Part shown: in pieces, positions 36,919 to 39,279 of the stretch
How the letters are laid out: each line of letters begins with the position of its first letter
Numbering within the stretch: the stretch's first letter is position 1
NCBI GenBank assembly: GCA_017635615.1
Contig: JAGBLC010000151.1
Location: forward strand, 1 to 39,279
DNA: 39,279 nucleotides
From: Prevotella sp.
GTDB lineage: Bacteria; Bacteroidota; Bacteroidia; Bacteroidales; Bacteroidaceae
Reading direction: 5' to 3'
The notes under the pieces: model-generated
Seen by the model: only the letters and a program-made list of their open reading frames with translations
Told to the model about the DNA's origin: nothing
Databases searched by the model: none
Translations under genes and position numbers: made by a program

Positions 36919-38484
36919 TCACGACCGCAGGTCCATCGGCAGCTTGCCGTACTGCTCGCGGAAGCATTTCGAGAAGTAGCCCGGCGTGTTGAACCCCACC
37001 TCGTAGGCTATCTCGGAAACCGTCTTCGTGCTGTTGCACAGCAGCACGTAAGCCTGCTGCAGACGCATCTGCCGCAACAGTTCGACGGGCGACGAGCCAG
37101 TGATGGCCTTCACGCGGCGGTACAGCTGCACGCGGCTCATGCCCATCTGCTCGCCCAGCTCGTCGACCTTCAGGTTGGGATTGGAAAGATTGCGGCGTAC
37201 CACCTCGTTGAACTGTTCGGCAAAGAGCATGTCCTGCGAGTCGGGCTCCGGCAAGTCCTCCTGTGCTTCGATGAAGATTCCCGACAGCTTGCGACGGTTG
37301 GCATCGGTATAGAAGAGGGTCTGCTCTTCGTTCATCGCCTGTCGCTGATGCGTCGCCTTCCGCGTCTGCAGATAAGCGCCCAAGGCCATTGCGACGGCCA
37401 CAATGAGCAGCACGATGACCATCAGGCTCGCCACCAACAGCTTGTGTTGCGTGTTATACAGCCCGAAATAGTTCTCCAGCTTGTCATGGATTGTGATGAG
37501 ATGCTCGTTCTGCCGCAACAGCTCGTGGCTGTTCAGGGCGGTGATGTCGGCATTCTCGGGAGTCACCATCATCCCCTCCAACCGATTCTCACGGACGTAC
37601 GGCTTTCCCGTCAGTATGTTCAGCGCCAGACGCACAATCTGCTCGCCGTGCGTAGGATAGATATAGGTGCCCGAGAGTTGACCCTGCTGGATATAGGCGA
37701 TGCCTTCGTCGGGCATACCGTCGATGCCCAGCACCTTCACCCTGTCGGCAAGACCCGCCTCTTCGATAGCACGCCATGCACCCGTCGTCATGCCGTCGTT
37801 GTGGCAGAACACGATGTCGGGAACCGCTCCAGCCTCTATCTGCTTCTTCACGGCCTCGTAGGCTCCATCCGATGTCCAGTCGCTCTCGGTGCAGGTATAG
37901 ACTACACCCCTCCCAGTCTCCACGCGCGAAGGAGAAGGCGAGGGTTCGGAGGCGAGAGCCTCGGCGAAGCCTTGATGGCGCTCTTGTGCGGGCGATGTGC
38001 TCATCGACCCCGTCACCTCGCTGATGCGGATGGGATGATGGCGAAGGGTGGAAGCCAAGGCCAGAGCATACAGCCCCATCGTGCGGCCCGCCTCTACATT
38101 ATCGCCTCCGATGAAGGCGGTGTACTTGTCCGTCGCGGCTTTGCGGTCGAAGAATACGACGGGGATGCCCCGCTGCCTGACACGGTCGATGGCAGGGGCT
38201 ATCGGCGACGACTCGGCCGGGGCTACGACGAGCAGGTCGATGCCCGTCGCCGCCAAGCTGTCAATCTGCCGAACCTGTAGCTCGGCATCGTCGAAGGCGT
38301 TGGCGATGCTCACCTGTACATTCTCTTCGTACAGGTGCTGCGCACCCTGTATCTCACGGTTCACTTTCTCGCGCCACTGCCCCGACGAGCATTGCGACAC
38401 ACCGATGCGGTACACCTTTTCTTGTTGCGTGCAGCAGGTAAGCAACAGCAACATCACCAAGGGGAAAAATATCTTGTTCGCCAT
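36919..38484 (-). CDS. Membrane-spanning regulator: periplasmic sugar-binding domain + TM + AraC HTH (BT1754-like, without kinase/receiver)
   Basis: YRIGVSQCS, IDLLVVAP, YTAFIGGDN, IVFCHND, LGIDG (RbsB-like fold); TM LLVASLMVIVLLIVAVAMALGAYL; AraC motifs MSRVQLYRRVKAITG and VSEIAYEVGFNTPGYFSKCFREQYG. Confidence 0.88.
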   Translation of the reverse strand: MANKIFFPLVMLLLLTCCTQQEKVYRIGVSQCSSGQWREKVNREIQGAQHLYEENVQVSIANAFDDAELQVRQIDSLAATGIDLLVVAPAESSPIAPAIDRVRQRGIPVVFFDRKAATDKYTAFIGGDNVEAGRTMGLYALALASTLRHHPIRISEVTGSMSTSPAQERHQGFAEALASEPSPSPSRVETGRGVVYTCTESDWTSDGAYEAVKKQIEAGAVPDIVFCHNDGMTTGAWRAIEEAGLADRVKVLGIDGMPDEGIAYIQQGQLSGTYIYPTHGEQIVRLALNILTGKPYVRENRLEGMMVTPENADITALNSHELLRQNEHLITIHDKLENYFGLYNTQHKLLVASLMVIVLLIVAVAMALGAYLQTRKATHQRQAMNEEQTLFYTDANRRKLSGIFIEAQEDLPEPDSQDMLFAEQFNEVVRRNLSNPNLKVDELGEQMGMSRVQLYRRVKAITGSSPVELLRQMRLQQAYVLLCNSTKTVSEIAYEVGFNTPGYFSKCFREQYGKLPMDLRS

Positions 38485-38504
38485 TATATCTTACTTTTTG
38501 CGAG

Positions 38505-38512
38505 CAAAGGTA
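38505..38512 (-). promoter_or_regulatory. -7 element (TACCTTTG) for the regulator
   Basis: Exact TAnnTTTG match 21 nt upstream of the ATG. Confidence 0.7.
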
Positions 38513-38684
38513 AACAAAAAAAACCGAACAACCATAAGAAAATTGTTTTTTTATCAATTATGAAACTCATACACCTTGCTACCATTGAAGATTGCCTGGC
38601 TGAAGTTCGGTCAGCCGGATAGCATAACGTTCATTGCACACGTATATTATGATATCATTCAGGGTGCAAAGTTACTGATAAAAA

Positions 38685-38715
38685 ATGGAAGTTGCCGAAT
38701 CTTAGCAACTTCCAT
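38685..38715 (-). terminator. Intrinsic terminator following the tRNA 3' remnant
   Basis: 11-bp perfect stem ATGGAAGTTGC/GCAACTTCCAT followed by a T-run on the minus strand. Confidence 0.75.
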
Positions 38716-38723
38716 CTGACCTT

Positions 38724-38739
38724 TGGTCGGGTTGAGGCG
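38724..38739 (-). other. 3'-end remnant of a tRNA-Pro-like gene; putative att core
   Basis: Minus strand CGCCTCAACCCGACCA resembles the T-stem/acceptor end of tRNA-Pro (..CCCGACCA); no TTCGA loop or rest of tRNA upstream; terminator directly downstream. Confidence 0.6.
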
Positions 38740-39279
38740 CCAACATGTATTGAGACTGAAATTTATCATTTTTGTTATACTTTTACATAAATACTTGAAT
38801 TACAAGAGAAACAGAAATTAATCAATATAAGCATAATGATAATTTGATATAAATCAATTTTTAATATCACGCCAAAAACACGCCAAAAAATAAGTGTTAA
38901 AATCATAATTCTTTCCTCATTTTTTTATACTTTTGCACCGCAAACGCCAAAAGCATGCGGTGGAGTGGCTCCCTGCCAATCAATATTGAAAAGTCGTAGT
39001 TCTTTATGAGTTCGTCTGTCCATGATTTCAAAGAAACAATGGATGGGGCAAAAAAGCTTTTATTTGGCGGTGAAATGCAAAAAAACTTATTTCACCGCTG
39101 AATAAACGTTATTTTCACATATTGAGTTTGTCGTTAGAGTGTCTGAAGTGACAGATCAAAAGCGACATGGCATCCCATTCCCGAGCTTTGCTCGCCTACC
39201 CGTAGCCTTTGGCGCGGTGTATCAGCCAGTTCGAGCATACCGCCTTGCTGAATCACCATTCTGCGACTTAGAGACAAGC
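38740..39279. mobile_element. Probable end of an integrative element (continues beyond the window)
   Basis: Abrupt AT-rich non-coding sequence next to the tRNA remnant; ACGCCAAAA direct repeats at 38869, 38880, 38944. No integrase visible in the window. Confidence 0.45.

Noticed and set aside
38560-38622. 20-codon ORF MKLIHLATIEDCLAEVRSAG
   Set aside because: No + strand promoter box seen and no recognisable features; cannot be supported.
38724-38800. Intact tRNA gene
   Set aside because: Only the last 16 nt are tRNA-like; no T-loop, anticodon arm or D-arm.
38960-39279. Gene or IS fragment at the right edge, including a 10-bp stem hairpin at 39067-39098
   Set aside because: No ORF of useful length or recognisable motif; too little context to call.

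Overview
Prevotella-like (Bacteroidota) chromosomal window, judged from gene content, TAnnTTTG promoters, Sus genes and T9SS C-terminal tails. Left to right: 3' part of a GH106-like glycoside hydrolase; rnr-miaB-ABC exporter (minus); C1 peptidase lipoprotein plus a small hypothetical; a VTC/DUF4956/DUF2490/NAD-epimerase/PAP2 cluster; a large T9SS Omp28-like protein; a beta-barrel OMP; a minus-strand run of hypothetical-rpoN-membrane protein-(orphan SusD/SusE-F/T9SS fusion)-purE-ispG; a fructan (levan/inulin) PUL with its regulator; and at the right edge a tRNA-Pro 3' remnant that looks like the att boundary of an integrated element. Most unusual signals: (1) a non-lipidated, T9SS-tailed SusD-SusE/F fusion with no SusC partner, (2) a fructan hybrid two-component-type regulator that has lost its kinase and receiver domains, (3) at least three families of short palindromic repeats present both between genes and in frame inside proteins. 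All family calls come from motif recognition by eye, not from database searches.
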